Origin: Clostridiaceae bacterium
GTDB lineage: Bacteria > Bacillota > Clostridia > Acetivibrionales > DUMC01
DNA length: 64,000 bases
Direction: 5' to 3'
Assembly: GCA_012840075.1 (NCBI GenBank)
Contig: DUMC01000032.1
Span: 126,365-190,364, forward strand
The notes under the pieces were generated by a model, which had not been told where the DNA came from, did not search any database, and was given only the letters and a program-made list of their open reading frames with translations. The translations under genes and the position numbers were made by a program. Below, in pieces: positions 20,268-29,070 of this stretch; position 1 is the stretch's first letter; every line of letters begins with the position of its first letter.

Positions 20268-20990
20268 TTGTTATTAAGGTATCCTTTGTCAATAATTATT
20301 TATTTACTACCGGTAATATTAGTTTCAATTACTATTCATGAACTGGCGCATGGATATTGTTCATATAAATTGGGGGATCCTACGGCTAAAAATGCAGGGC
20401 GACTGACCCTTAATCCTTTGAAACATTTGGATATTCTGGGAACGATTATGATTTTAATTTCGGGATTTGGTTGGGCTAAACCGGTACCGATTAATCCAAT
20501 GTATTATAGAGATAGAAAGAGAGGAACAATGCTCGTATCAATAGCCGGCCCGCTGTCAAATATTTTTCTTGCACTGCTTTTTTCTTTTCCAATGGCTTTT
20601 ATAGGAAGCAAGTACGGTATGCTTTCATTTGCAACTATATTCGATGCCGGCAGTTTAATTTTTTACAGAGGATTCAGTCTTCCGATGATAATATTTAATT
20701 TGAGCAGGCTTTTTTATATAATAAATATAAATTTAGCAGTATTTAACTTAATACCTGTTCCTCCATTGGACGGGTCAAAAATTTTAGCGGGTGTGCTTCC
20801 TCAAAATAAATATTTTGCATTAATGCAATATGAGAATGTGATAGGAATGATATTTCTTGTCGTTTTATTTTTATTTCCCAACATAATCGGTAGAATAATG
20901 TCTCCTTTTATATGGATTATAGAAACCGCTATGAGATATATAGCAGTGCCTATTTTAAGGTTAATAACTGAAGCTTATGTGGTCGTCTAG
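20268..20990 (+). CDS. site-2 protease (M50) family membrane metalloprotease
   Basis: HELAHG zinc motif in the first TM region and a distal NLIPVPPLDG motif. TTG start after GGAGAG. Confidence 0.85.
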   Translation: MLLRYPLSIIIYLLPVILVSITIHELAHGYCSYKLGDPTAKNAGRLTLNPLKHLDILGTIMILISGFGWAKPVPINPMYYRDRKRGTMLVSIAGPLSNIFLALLFSFPMAFIGSKYGMLSFATIFDAGSLIFYRGFSLPMIIFNLSRLFYIININLAVFNLIPVPPLDGSKILAGVLPQNKYFALMQYENVIGMIFLVVLFLFPNIIGRIMSPFIWIIETAMRYIAVPILRLITEAYVVV

Positions 20991-21196
20991 CAAGTACAGT
21001 GGATAGATAAATTACGGGATTTCTTCCGTTAAATATAACATTTGACGTGAATATTTAACAATATATTGACAAACATATACTTTAAATTTAAAATTAATTA
21101 AGTTTATGCACAAATATGTAACCTTATATGATCTGTTGTTACTGCAGGTTCTAAATTTTTGGAAAAGAAGCTTTAAGTTAAAGGGGAGTGAATTGG

Positions 21197-22195
21197 TTGA
21201 ATAATGAAATTATAGTAAGCGGAATGAGACCTACCGGCTCTCTTCATTTGGGGAACTATTTCGGAGCTCTTATAAACTGGATTCAACTTCAGGATGAATA
21301 TAAATGTTTATTCTTTGTTGCAGATTGGCACGCATTAACAACCGGATATGAAGATACTACAAACATCAACAATAATATTACCGAACTTATTGTTGATTGG
21401 CTTAGTGCAGGACTTGATCCGGAAAAATGCATAATATTCATGCAATCATCTGTGAAAGAGCATGCGGAACTACATTTATTGCTCTCAATGATAACGCCTC
21501 TTTCATGGCTTTATAGATGCCCCACTTATAAAGACCAAATTGCTCAATTGAAGGATAAGAATATTGCAAATTATGGTTTTTTAGGATATCCATGTCTAAT
21601 GTCAGCAGACATTTTATTATACAAAGCCAAATATGTTCCGGTGGGGGAAGACCAGCTACCTCATCTTGAACTTACAAGAGAGATAGCAAGGAGATTTAAT
21701 TATTTATATGGAGAAGTATTTCCTGAGCCACAGCCAAAACTAACCGAGGCGAAAGTCTTGCCTGGGACTGACGGGCGCAAAATGAGTAAAAGCTACGGAA
21801 ACACCATATCATTTTCCGACAGTCCGGAAACAATAAGGAAAAAGGTTAGCATGATGATTACGGATCCTGCCAGAATTCGAAAGGACGATCCCGGTCATCC
21901 TGAAATATGTACAGTCTTTGCCTTTCACAAGGTATTTAACCAGGATGAAGTACCGGAGATTGAAGATGCTTGCAAAGGCGGAAAGATAGGATGCGTACAA
22001 TGTAAAAGAAAACTGGCTGAGAAGATGATTGAATATCTTACGCCTATTTACGAAAGGCGCCAAAAGATAATAGGAAACACAAAATATATTAAAGAAGTAG
22101 TCAGTCATGGAAATAACGAAGCCCGTAAAATTGCTCAAAAAACACTGGAAGAAGTTAGAAATGCCATGAAAATCAACTGGGATGCGGAAGTATAA
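21197..22195 (+). CDS. trpS: tryptophan--tRNA ligase
   Basis: SGMRPTGSLHLGNY (HIGH-type) and KMSKS motifs. Start set at the TTG 8 nt after GGGGAG. The ORF track starts at GTG 21188. Confidence 0.93.
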   Translation: MNNEIIVSGMRPTGSLHLGNYFGALINWIQLQDEYKCLFFVADWHALTTGYEDTTNINNNITELIVDWLSAGLDPEKCIIFMQSSVKEHAELHLLLSMITPLSWLYRCPTYKDQIAQLKDKNIANYGFLGYPCLMSADILLYKAKYVPVGEDQLPHLELTREIARRFNYLYGEVFPEPQPKLTEAKVLPGTDGRKMSKSYGNTISFSDSPETIRKKVSMMITDPARIRKDDPGHPEICTVFAFHKVFNQDEVPEIEDACKGGKIGCVQCKRKLAEKMIEYLTPIYERRQKIIGNTKYIKEVVSHGNNEARKIAQKTLEEVRNAMKINWDAEV

Positions 22196-22205
22196 GCAGT
22201 AGATA

Positions 22206-22343
22206 GGGACATTCAACAATCGAAAAGACTAATTAATAGGGGACAGCCTTTTATATGAATCAAAAGGGGATATTCCTCTAATTAGAAGAGATACCTTCAC
22301 TTGTTAGAAGAGATACCTTCATTTTGAAGAGGTGTGTCCCCTT
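22206..22343 (+). repeat. dispersed modular intergenic repeat, copy A (with internal 18-nt perfect direct repeat)
   Basis: Shares ordered blocks with 53408-53594. ATCAAAAGGGGATATTCCTC matches 19/20, and AGAGGTGTGTCCCCTT matches with one indel. TTAGAAGAGATACCTTCA occurs at 22282 and 22304. Confidence 0.75.
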
Positions 22344-22369
22344 ATCTTAGGACTCCCGGAGGTACAACC

Positions 22370-23137
22370 GTGCTAAGCGCCTTATCATCAGATGCTTATA
22401 AAATTAAAATAAAAAACTTTGAAGGTCCTTTAGATTTGTTATTTCACTTAATCGAAAAAAACAAAATCAATATTTATGACATACCTATAAGTGAAATAAC
22501 AGATCAATACATGGATTATATTTTTGCAATGCAAAAAATGAACCTTGAGTTAGCCAGTGAGTTTTTGGTCATGGCTGCTACCTTGTTACATATTAAATCA
22601 AAAATATTGCTTCCGGTAAAAAAAGATGAGGAAAAAGAAGACTCTGCTCAGGAAGGATTAGATCCAAGGGAAGAATTGGTTGAACGGTTGATAGAATACA
22701 AGAAATATAAAGATTTGGCAGCAAAGCTTGAAGAAAGGGAAAGACTTTGGACAAAAGTGTTTTACAAGCAGCCTGAACGGATTGATTTGGAATGTCAAAA
22801 TAAAGAGCTGGAGTTAAGTCCGGATATAAACAAGTTAAAAGATACATACATAGATATTATAAAAAGAAATGAGCTTAAAGAAAATAAGAGATCTGATGAA
22901 ATGCAGCAAATTATCCAAAAAGAAAAAGTCACAATTAAAAGTAAAATTAGGCACATAATGAGTCTTTTGTTTAGTAAAAAGTTTTTTATCTTTGATAGAG
23001 TATTTTCTTTAAAGGAGAAATCCATAACGGAAATTGTTACTGCTTTTATGGCGTTGTTGATTGTTGTCAAATCCGGAAAAGCTAATGTGGAGCAAAAAAA
23101 GCAATATTCCGATATATTTGTAAGCCTACGGGATTAA
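22370..23137 (+). CDS. scpA: segregation and condensation protein A
   Basis: FEGPLDLLFHLIEKNKINIYDIPISEITDQY. Start moved to the GTG 7 nt after GGAGG; the ORF track starts at 22334, inside the repeat. Confidence 0.9.
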   Translation: MLSALSSDAYKIKIKNFEGPLDLLFHLIEKNKINIYDIPISEITDQYMDYIFAMQKMNLELASEFLVMAATLLHIKSKILLPVKKDEEKEDSAQEGLDPREELVERLIEYKKYKDLAAKLEERERLWTKVFYKQPERIDLECQNKELELSPDINKLKDTYIDIIKRNELKENKRSDEMQQIIQKEKVTIKSKIRHIMSLLFSKKFFIFDRVFSLKEKSITEIVTAFMALLIVVKSGKANVEQKKQYSDIFVSLRD

Positions 23138-23261
23138 CTTTTCCCCAACAGGATTGAATTTTCAGGAATTAATTCTTGCCAGCTTCGGTTATTAATTTAA
23201 AGAGCATACAAAATGAAAACATATTGATTGCATCGTGTTGTTTTTGACTGGAGGATTTTTC

Positions 23262-23819
23262 ATGGAATTGAATAAGAGCTTTAATATAAATGACATTGAA
23301 GATAGAAATAAAATTGAAGGCATAATAGAAGGTTTACTTTTTGCTCATGGCAATCCTCTGAGTGAAGAAAAAATTTTAAAAGTGCTTAACCTCAAAAAAA
23401 AGGATTTTCTTGCTATAATAGAAGAAATGAACGACAAATATAAAAGTTCAAATCGGGGTATAATGATAAGAAAAATTAAAGACAGCTATCAGCTATGCAC
23501 AAAACCCGAATACTACGAATACCTAAAAGAACTTGCTGAACCAAAACAGGAACCTGTCCTTTCTCAAGCAGCTTATGAAATTCTTGCAATTATTGCATGC
23601 AACAAACCAATAACCAGAGCAAGAATCGAGCAGATCAGAGGGGTTAATTGTGAAAGTGCCATATCAAAACTGTTAGAGTATGATTTAATTAAGGAAGCAG
23701 GAAGACTGGATGCCCCCGGAAGACCAATATTGTATGAAACAACGGATAAGTTTTTAAAGATATTCGGTTTTTCTTCGGATGAAGAAGCAATAGCTTTCTT
23801 GGATGAATCTCTAGAGTAA
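23262..23819 (+). CDS. scpB: segregation and condensation protein B
   Basis: IEGLLFAHGNPLS... plus winged-helix repeats. ATG after GGAGG. It follows scpA. Confidence 0.9.
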   Translation: MELNKSFNINDIEDRNKIEGIIEGLLFAHGNPLSEEKILKVLNLKKKDFLAIIEEMNDKYKSSNRGIMIRKIKDSYQLCTKPEYYEYLKELAEPKQEPVLSQAAYEILAIIACNKPITRARIEQIRGVNCESAISKLLEYDLIKEAGRLDAPGRPILYETTDKFLKIFGFSSDEEAIAFLDESLE

Positions 23820-23872
23820 AAAAAGTCTATAAATATCACAAAATGGATATAATATGTGGATGAGGTGTAATT

Positions 23873-24568
23873 ATGCTTTATCCACTTTTTTTATCTGTTA
23901 ATGTTGAAGTAATAATAATTGCAGTTGTTTTATTAATTTTAGTGATATTAATTAGTAATATAAGAGTAAGTACAAAATTTGAATGTATCAAGAAAAGAGA
24001 TAGTTCTGATATATTGATACTCTTTTATCTTTTTTCGGGATTATTAAAGCAACAGTATGAAATTCCTCTCACTAATATCTCGGATTTATTTAAAGTCATC
24101 TATGAATTATTATTTAGTGAAAAAGGAATACTTCTATATAAAAAAACGGATAAGGTAAAAAAGGATGAAAAAGAAAAAGAAGACAAGGACAATCGGATTA
24201 ATAAAATAATTAGTTACATCAGACCGTATCTTTTCAAAATACAAAAATACCTTGTAGATAGGAATAAAATTTATGCAAAGTTAAATATAAAAGTAATATT
24301 TGGTGCCAATGACGCATTTGTAACAGGGATTTTAGGAGGTTTGGTTTTCGGCATAGCCGGTTGTATTGATTCCTTATTTTCAAACTATTTTTTTATAGAA
24401 GAAAAAAATATAAACATTCAGCCTGATTTTACAAAAAATGTTTTTGAATTAGAAGCACTATGTATATTAAATGTCCGACTTGTTAATATTATAAAAGCAG
24501 GAATATTTTTTATATTAATATATATTAGCAATAAAATAAAAAGGACAGGTGGTGGTATAAATGGCTGA
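23873..24568 (+). CDS. YtfI-like sporulation membrane protein (DUF2953-like)
   Basis: 231 aa with an N-terminal TM. It overlaps ytfJ by 8 nt. The assignment rests on context and recollection. Confidence 0.55.
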   Translation: MLYPLFLSVNVEVIIIAVVLLILVILISNIRVSTKFECIKKRDSSDILILFYLFSGLLKQQYEIPLTNISDLFKVIYELLFSEKGILLYKKTDKVKKDEKEKEDKDNRINKIISYIRPYLFKIQKYLVDRNKIYAKLNIKVIFGANDAFVTGILGGLVFGIAGCIDSLFSNYFFIEEKNINIQPDFTKNVFELEALCILNVRLVNIIKAGIFFILIYISNKIKRTGGGING

Positions 24569-25046
24569 ACATCCAATAGAAGGATTAATGAAAACAGCAA
24601 TGGAAAGTATTAAAGAAATGGTTGATGTTAATACTATTGTAGGCGATGCCGTACAAGCTCCGGATGGAACGGTTATCATACCTATTTCAAGGGTGACTTT
24701 TGGATTTGCTTCCGGAGGCGGAGAGTATAATAAGAAAGTGACAAATAAAGAAAGCAATTCAAGAGAAGACAACGGTGAAGACAACCATTCTACAGAAAAA
24801 TTTCCCTTTGCCGGCGGGAGCGGAGCAGGTGTAAGCATAAATCCCGTTGCATTTATGGTAGTGGGAAATGGCCAGATAAAGCTTCTACCCGTAAATGTCA
24901 ATTCGTCCATAGATAAGCTGCTGGATCTCATACCTGAGTTATTAAATAAAGCGAAAGGAGAAACTAATAAGAAAATAGTTGTAAAAAAGGAGATCGAACC
25001 GGTTAAGTCAGGTAAGGAAGAAAGTAATCAAGAATTGAAAGAGTAA
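24561..25046 (+). CDS. ytfJ: sporulation protein YtfJ (GerW family)
   Basis: IEGLMKTAMESIKEMVDVNTIVGD...GTVIIPISRVTFGFASGGGEY...GGSGAGVSINPVAFMVV. Confidence 0.85.
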   Translation: MAEHPIEGLMKTAMESIKEMVDVNTIVGDAVQAPDGTVIIPISRVTFGFASGGGEYNKKVTNKESNSREDNGEDNHSTEKFPFAGGSGAGVSINPVAFMVVGNGQIKLLPVNVNSSIDKLLDLIPELLNKAKGETNKKIVVKKEIEPVKSGKEESNQELKE

Positions 25047-25108
25047 ACTTTTTATGTTATAATTTAGCAAAAATATAAAAATAACCTTGCAATGTCGGTA
25101 GGTAATAA

Positions 25109-25834
25109 ATGGCAAAAGTAAGATTGCAAAAATATATTGCTCAATCCGGGATAGCATCTAGAAGAAAAGCGGAAGATTTGATAAAATCCGGAATGGTCAA
25201 GGTAAATGGCAAAGTGGTTTTAGAGCCATGGGTTATGGTAGATGACAGCGATGATGTCAGAGTAAATGATAAACCTATTTTCAGAGAAAAAAGACTTGTA
25301 TATATTATGCTTAACAAACCTGTTGGTTATATAACAACCGCAAAAGAACAGTTTTCGAGGAAAACTGTTCTTGATCTTATTAAAGGCATTCCTGAAAGAA
25401 TTTTTCCCGTGGGAAGGCTTGACTATGACACTTCTGGTCTTTTATTGCTGACAAATGACGGACAATTTGCATATAAACTCACTCATCCGAAGTATGAAAT
25501 AAAGAAAGTATACATTGCAAAAGTTAAAGGAATCCCTTCCGAAGATGAAATAAAAATATTTGAGACCGGTCTCGAAATAGATGACTATATCACAGCCCCT
25601 GCAAAATTAAAAATCAGAAAAATATTAGGTAATAAGTCTATTCTTGAAATTGTAATTCATGAAGGCAGAAACAGGCAGATTAGAAAGATGTGTGAAGCCA
25701 TAGGTCATCCTGTAATTGAACTTTGCCGAATTTCCATTGGCAATGTAAGTCTTGGTTCTTTGCCTGTTGGAAAATGGAGATATCTTACGAAAAAGGAAGT
25801 TCAAAGCTTAATGAATCTTAAAGAAGAATCATAA
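25109..25834 (+). CDS. rluB: rRNA pseudouridine synthase (RsuA/RluB family, S4 domain)
   Basis: N-terminal S4 domain (RLQKYIAQSGIASRRKAEDLI) and catalytic GRLDYDTSGLLLLTND. Confidence 0.87.
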   Translation: MAKVRLQKYIAQSGIASRRKAEDLIKSGMVKVNGKVVLEPWVMVDDSDDVRVNDKPIFREKRLVYIMLNKPVGYITTAKEQFSRKTVLDLIKGIPERIFPVGRLDYDTSGLLLLTNDGQFAYKLTHPKYEIKKVYIAKVKGIPSEDEIKIFETGLEIDDYITAPAKLKIRKILGNKSILEIVIHEGRNRQIRKMCEAIGHPVIELCRISIGNVSLGSLPVGKWRYLTKKEVQSLMNLKEES

Positions 25835-25952
25835 AGAAAAATTTCAAATAAAATAGCCAATATAAAATAAATAATAAAAATCTTTAAGTAAGAATAAGCA
25901 ATTAAAGGCAAGAATAAGTGACTAAGTTGGTTAAGGGGGATAGTAATAAGAA

Positions 25953-26525
25953 ATGATTATTCTAAAAAATGCTTTAATACAGTCTCACAATTATATAAAA
26001 GCTGTTGTTGAAGAAGGGGATATAGTAGTTGATGCAACTGCAGGAAATGGAAACGATACTCTTATGCTTGCAAAGCTGGTTGGTGAAACAGGAAAAGTTT
26101 ATTCTTTTGACATACAGGAAAAAGCCATTAACAATACATATAAAAAATTATCGGATGAAGGTGTTGAAAAAAGGGTTGTATTGATAAAAGACGGACATCA
26201 AAATATGGACAAGTACGTGACTGAAAAAGGAAAAGTCAAAGCCGTAATGTTCAATCTTGGTTATCTGCCCGGCGGAGATCACAGCATTGCAACGAAACCA
26301 AGTACTACTATAGAAGCTATAAAAAAAGCTATGAACATTATTATGACAGGGGGGCTTATTTCAATAGTTGTATATTATGGAGGAGACACTGGATTTGAGG
26401 AAAGGGATAAGGTTATGGAATTTGTTTGTCAAATAAATCCTAAAGAGTTCGTAGTAATGAAAGCGTGTTATGTTAACCAGATCAACTGTCCGCCTTTTTT
26501 ATTATGCATAGAAAAAATTAAGTAA
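25953..26525 (+). CDS. mnmM: class I SAM-dependent methyltransferase, YtqB/MnmM-type
   Basis: 190 aa; VVDATAGNGNDTLMLA SAM motif and NLGYLPGGDHSI. The family is recalled from B. subtilis YtqB. Confidence 0.7.
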   Translation: MIILKNALIQSHNYIKAVVEEGDIVVDATAGNGNDTLMLAKLVGETGKVYSFDIQEKAINNTYKKLSDEGVEKRVVLIKDGHQNMDKYVTEKGKVKAVMFNLGYLPGGDHSIATKPSTTIEAIKKAMNIIMTGGLISIVVYYGGDTGFEERDKVMEFVCQINPKEFVVMKACYVNQINCPPFLLCIEKIK

Positions 26526-26787
26526 TTTTAACAAATCAGGTCATTAGAAACAGGGCAAAATACTATTTGCATATTTTGTCATATTATATTATAATACACT
26601 TATGTTTGCTTTATTTTTTATTAAATTTTATAGTATTATATTATCGTATATGTTGTTTAAATTACCGTATTAAATGTTATATATTATAGTAAGGTAACTA
26701 TGATCCGATACATTATAAGTAAGTTATAATTTATAATTAATAGATAAATTTACTATATTAAATTAATTGAACAAGGTGGGAAGATTG

Positions 26788-28338
26788 ATGACAAAAGCTG
26801 ACAAATTGAACCAACTAAAAATGAAAAGAGAAGCTGTTGAACTAGGCGGAGGCAAAGAAGCAATAGAGAAGCAGCATAAAGCCGGTAAAAAAACTGCACG
26901 TGAGAGAATCGAACTTCTTTTGGATGAAGGCAGTTTTGTTGAAACGGATGTTTTTTTTGAAACGCGCAGTACCGACTTTGGAATGCAAAATAAAAAAGTA
27001 CCCGGTGACGGGGTTGTTACCGGATACGGCACAATAGACGGCCGCCCTGTTTTTATAGCAGCGCAGGATTTTACAGTAATTGGCGGTGCTTTAGGTGAAG
27101 CACAAGCCAAAAAAATTGTTAAAGTCATGGACATGGCTATGAAAACCGGTTGTCCCTTTATAAGTATTAATGATTCAGGCGGGGCTAGAATTCATGAAGG
27201 TATTGATGCTTTAAGCGGTTATGGTGATATATTCTTAAGAAATACTTTAGCATCGGGAGTAATTCCCCAGATCTCACTAATCATGGGACCATGCGCAGGC
27301 GGTGCTTGTTATTCTCCGGCAATCACGGATTTTATTTTCATGGTTGAAGGAATCGGACAGATGTATATAACCGGAAACCAAGTGGTTAAAGCCGTAACAG
27401 GCGAAGATGTAACATTGGAAGAACTGGGAGGAGCCTCAGTTCATAGCTCAGTAAGTGGAGTTGCTCATTTTAAATATTCTTCGGAAGAAGAGTGTTTTAG
27501 AAATGTAAAAAAACTTTTAAGTTTTCTTCCTGATAACAATCTTGCAGGAATTCCTTCATATCCCGTAAATGATGACCTCAACAGACTTTCACCTGAATTG
27601 ATTGACATCATCCCCGATGAGCCTAACAAACCTTATGATATGATGGAAATTATAACAAGAGTAGTTGATAATGGCGACTTTTTTGAAATACATAAGGATT
27701 TCGCCAGGAACATTATTGTTGGTTTTGCCCGAATGAACGGTAAAACCATCGGTATAGTTGCAAATCAACCAAATGTAATGGCTGGAAGCCTTGATATTAA
27801 TGCTTCAGATAAAGCAGCAAGATTTGTTAGATTTTGTGATTCTTTTAACATTCCTTTAGTAACATTTACCGACGTACCTGCATTTTTACCCGGAGTAGGA
27901 CAAGAGCACAACGGCATAATAAGGCACGGTGCAAAACTTTTATATGCTTTTGCTGAGGCAACAGTGCCTAAGATTAATGTGATAGTAAGAAAAGCATATG
28001 GCGGCGCTTATATAGCGATGAACAGCAAGACTCTTGGTGCCGATATAGTATATGCGTGGCCGACAGCTGAAATCGCAGTAATGGGTGCTGAAGGTGCTGC
28101 TAACATAATCTTTAGAAAAGAAATAGCTCAAGCGGAAGATCCAATAACTTTCAGAGAACAAAAAATCCAAGAGTATAGGGAAAAATTTGCAAATCCATAT
28201 GTTGCTGCTGCCAGAGGGTACGTCGATGACGTTATAGATCCTGCTACAACTAGGCCAATGATTGCCAGTGCTCTTGAAATGCTGGCAGGCAAGCGTGAAA
28301 CAAGACCTGCTAAGAAGCATGGAAATATACCATTATAA
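26788..28338 (+). CDS. acyl-CoA carboxyltransferase (methylmalonyl-CoA carboxyltransferase 12S / decarboxylase alpha-type)
   Basis: 516 aa, carboxyl transferase family: [34 protein letters not shown] after AAGGTGGG. Confidence 0.9.
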   Translation: MTKADKLNQLKMKREAVELGGGKEAIEKQHKAGKKTARERIELLLDEGSFVETDVFFETRSTDFGMQNKKVPGDGVVTGYGTIDGRPVFIAAQDFTVIGGALGEAQAKKIVKVMDMAMKTGCPFISINDSGGARIHEGIDALSGYGDIFLRNTLASGVIPQISLIMGPCAGGACYSPAITDFIFMVEGIGQMYITGNQVVKAVTGEDVTLEELGGASVHSSVSGVAHFKYSSEEECFRNVKKLLSFLPDNNLAGIPSYPVNDDLNRLSPELIDIIPDEPNKPYDMMEIITRVVDNGDFFEIHKDFARNIIVGFARMNGKTIGIVANQPNVMAGSLDINASDKAARFVRFCDSFNIPLVTFTDVPAFLPGVGQEHNGIIRHGAKLLYAFAEATVPKINVIVRKAYGGAYIAMNSKTLGADIVYAWPTAEIAVMGAEGAANIIFRKEIAQAEDPITFREQKIQEYREKFANPYVAAARGYVDDVIDPATTRPMIASALEMLAGKRETRPAKKHGNIPL

Positions 28339-28393
28339 ATTCATTATTTAAATTATTAATAACTCAAATAATGATAAAATTTTAACTGTATGT

Positions 28394-28430
28394 AGAAAAT
28401 GATTTAGAAAATGACTTTAGAAAATGACTA
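28394..28430 (+). repeat. 3 tandem 12-13-nt units abutting the SD of the biotin-carrier gene
   Basis: AGAAAATGATTT, AGAAAATGACTTT, AGAAAATGACTA, then GGAGG. Confidence 0.85.
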
Positions 28431-28442
28431 GGAGGATTTACT

Positions 28443-28886
28443 ATGAAGAAGTTTTTAATAAAAGTAAACGGCATTCAATATGAAGTAGAAGTTGAAGAAA
28501 TAGGTGTATCACCTCAAACAAATATTAATTACGCTCCTGCAGCACCGGTAGCTCAAGCACCGCAAGCAAAACCTGCAGCACCGTCACCTGCACCTTCACC
28601 AACTCCGACTCCTGCACCGGCAACTACCCAAAAACCATCGGAACCTACAGTAAGCAAAGAAGTTCCGGCAGGGGCTCAAACTGTTAACGCACCTATGCCA
28701 GGTGTTATTCTTGACATAAAAGTATCCGTCGGTGATTCCGTTAAAAAAGGCGATGTATTGTTGATCCTGGAAGCTATGAAGATGGAAAACGAAATTGTTG
28801 CGCCAACAGACGGAACCGTGGCTTCCATCAATGTTTCAAAAGGTGCATCTGTTAATGCAGGAGATGTACTTGTATCACTAAAATAA
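28443..28886 (+). CDS. biotin carboxyl carrier subunit (1.3S-type biotinyl protein with Ala/Pro linker)
   Basis: C-terminal biotinyl domain with EAMKMENEI. A central AP-rich linker is present. Confidence 0.9.
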   Translation: MKKFLIKVNGIQYEVEVEEIGVSPQTNINYAPAAPVAQAPQAKPAAPSPAPSPTPTPAPATTQKPSEPTVSKEVPAGAQTVNAPMPGVILDIKVSVGDSVKKGDVLLILEAMKMENEIVAPTDGTVASINVSKGASVNAGDVLVSLK

Positions 28887-29070
28887 TTAAAATACTTTAA
28901 CATACTTAACTTATACAACTGTGAAATTATTGGCTTCATATTAATAACATGAATTTGTATTTGCTAATAGCATGAGCGCATACTTGTTTAGATAGACATG
29001 TTCTGTAAAATCTGCCAGTTTGATATAAGTTGAGCAGAGTTTCAGATTTTGGAAAGGAGAAAATTTAATT

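Noticed and set aside
21000-21196. Possible T-box riboswitch upstream of trpS
   Set aside because: I found no T-box sequence (…GGTGGTACCGCG-like), no specifier-loop architecture and no terminator/antiterminator pair. The spacer is plain AT-rich DNA.
26763-27134. Antisense ORFs of 60-150 aa opposite well-supported genes (for example 26763-27134-, 24515-24931-, 14737-15195-, 4721-5068-, 48010-48348-)
   Set aside because: They lie entirely within strongly supported genes on the other strand. They have low-complexity or odd composition and no RBS, which is typical of shadow ORFs.
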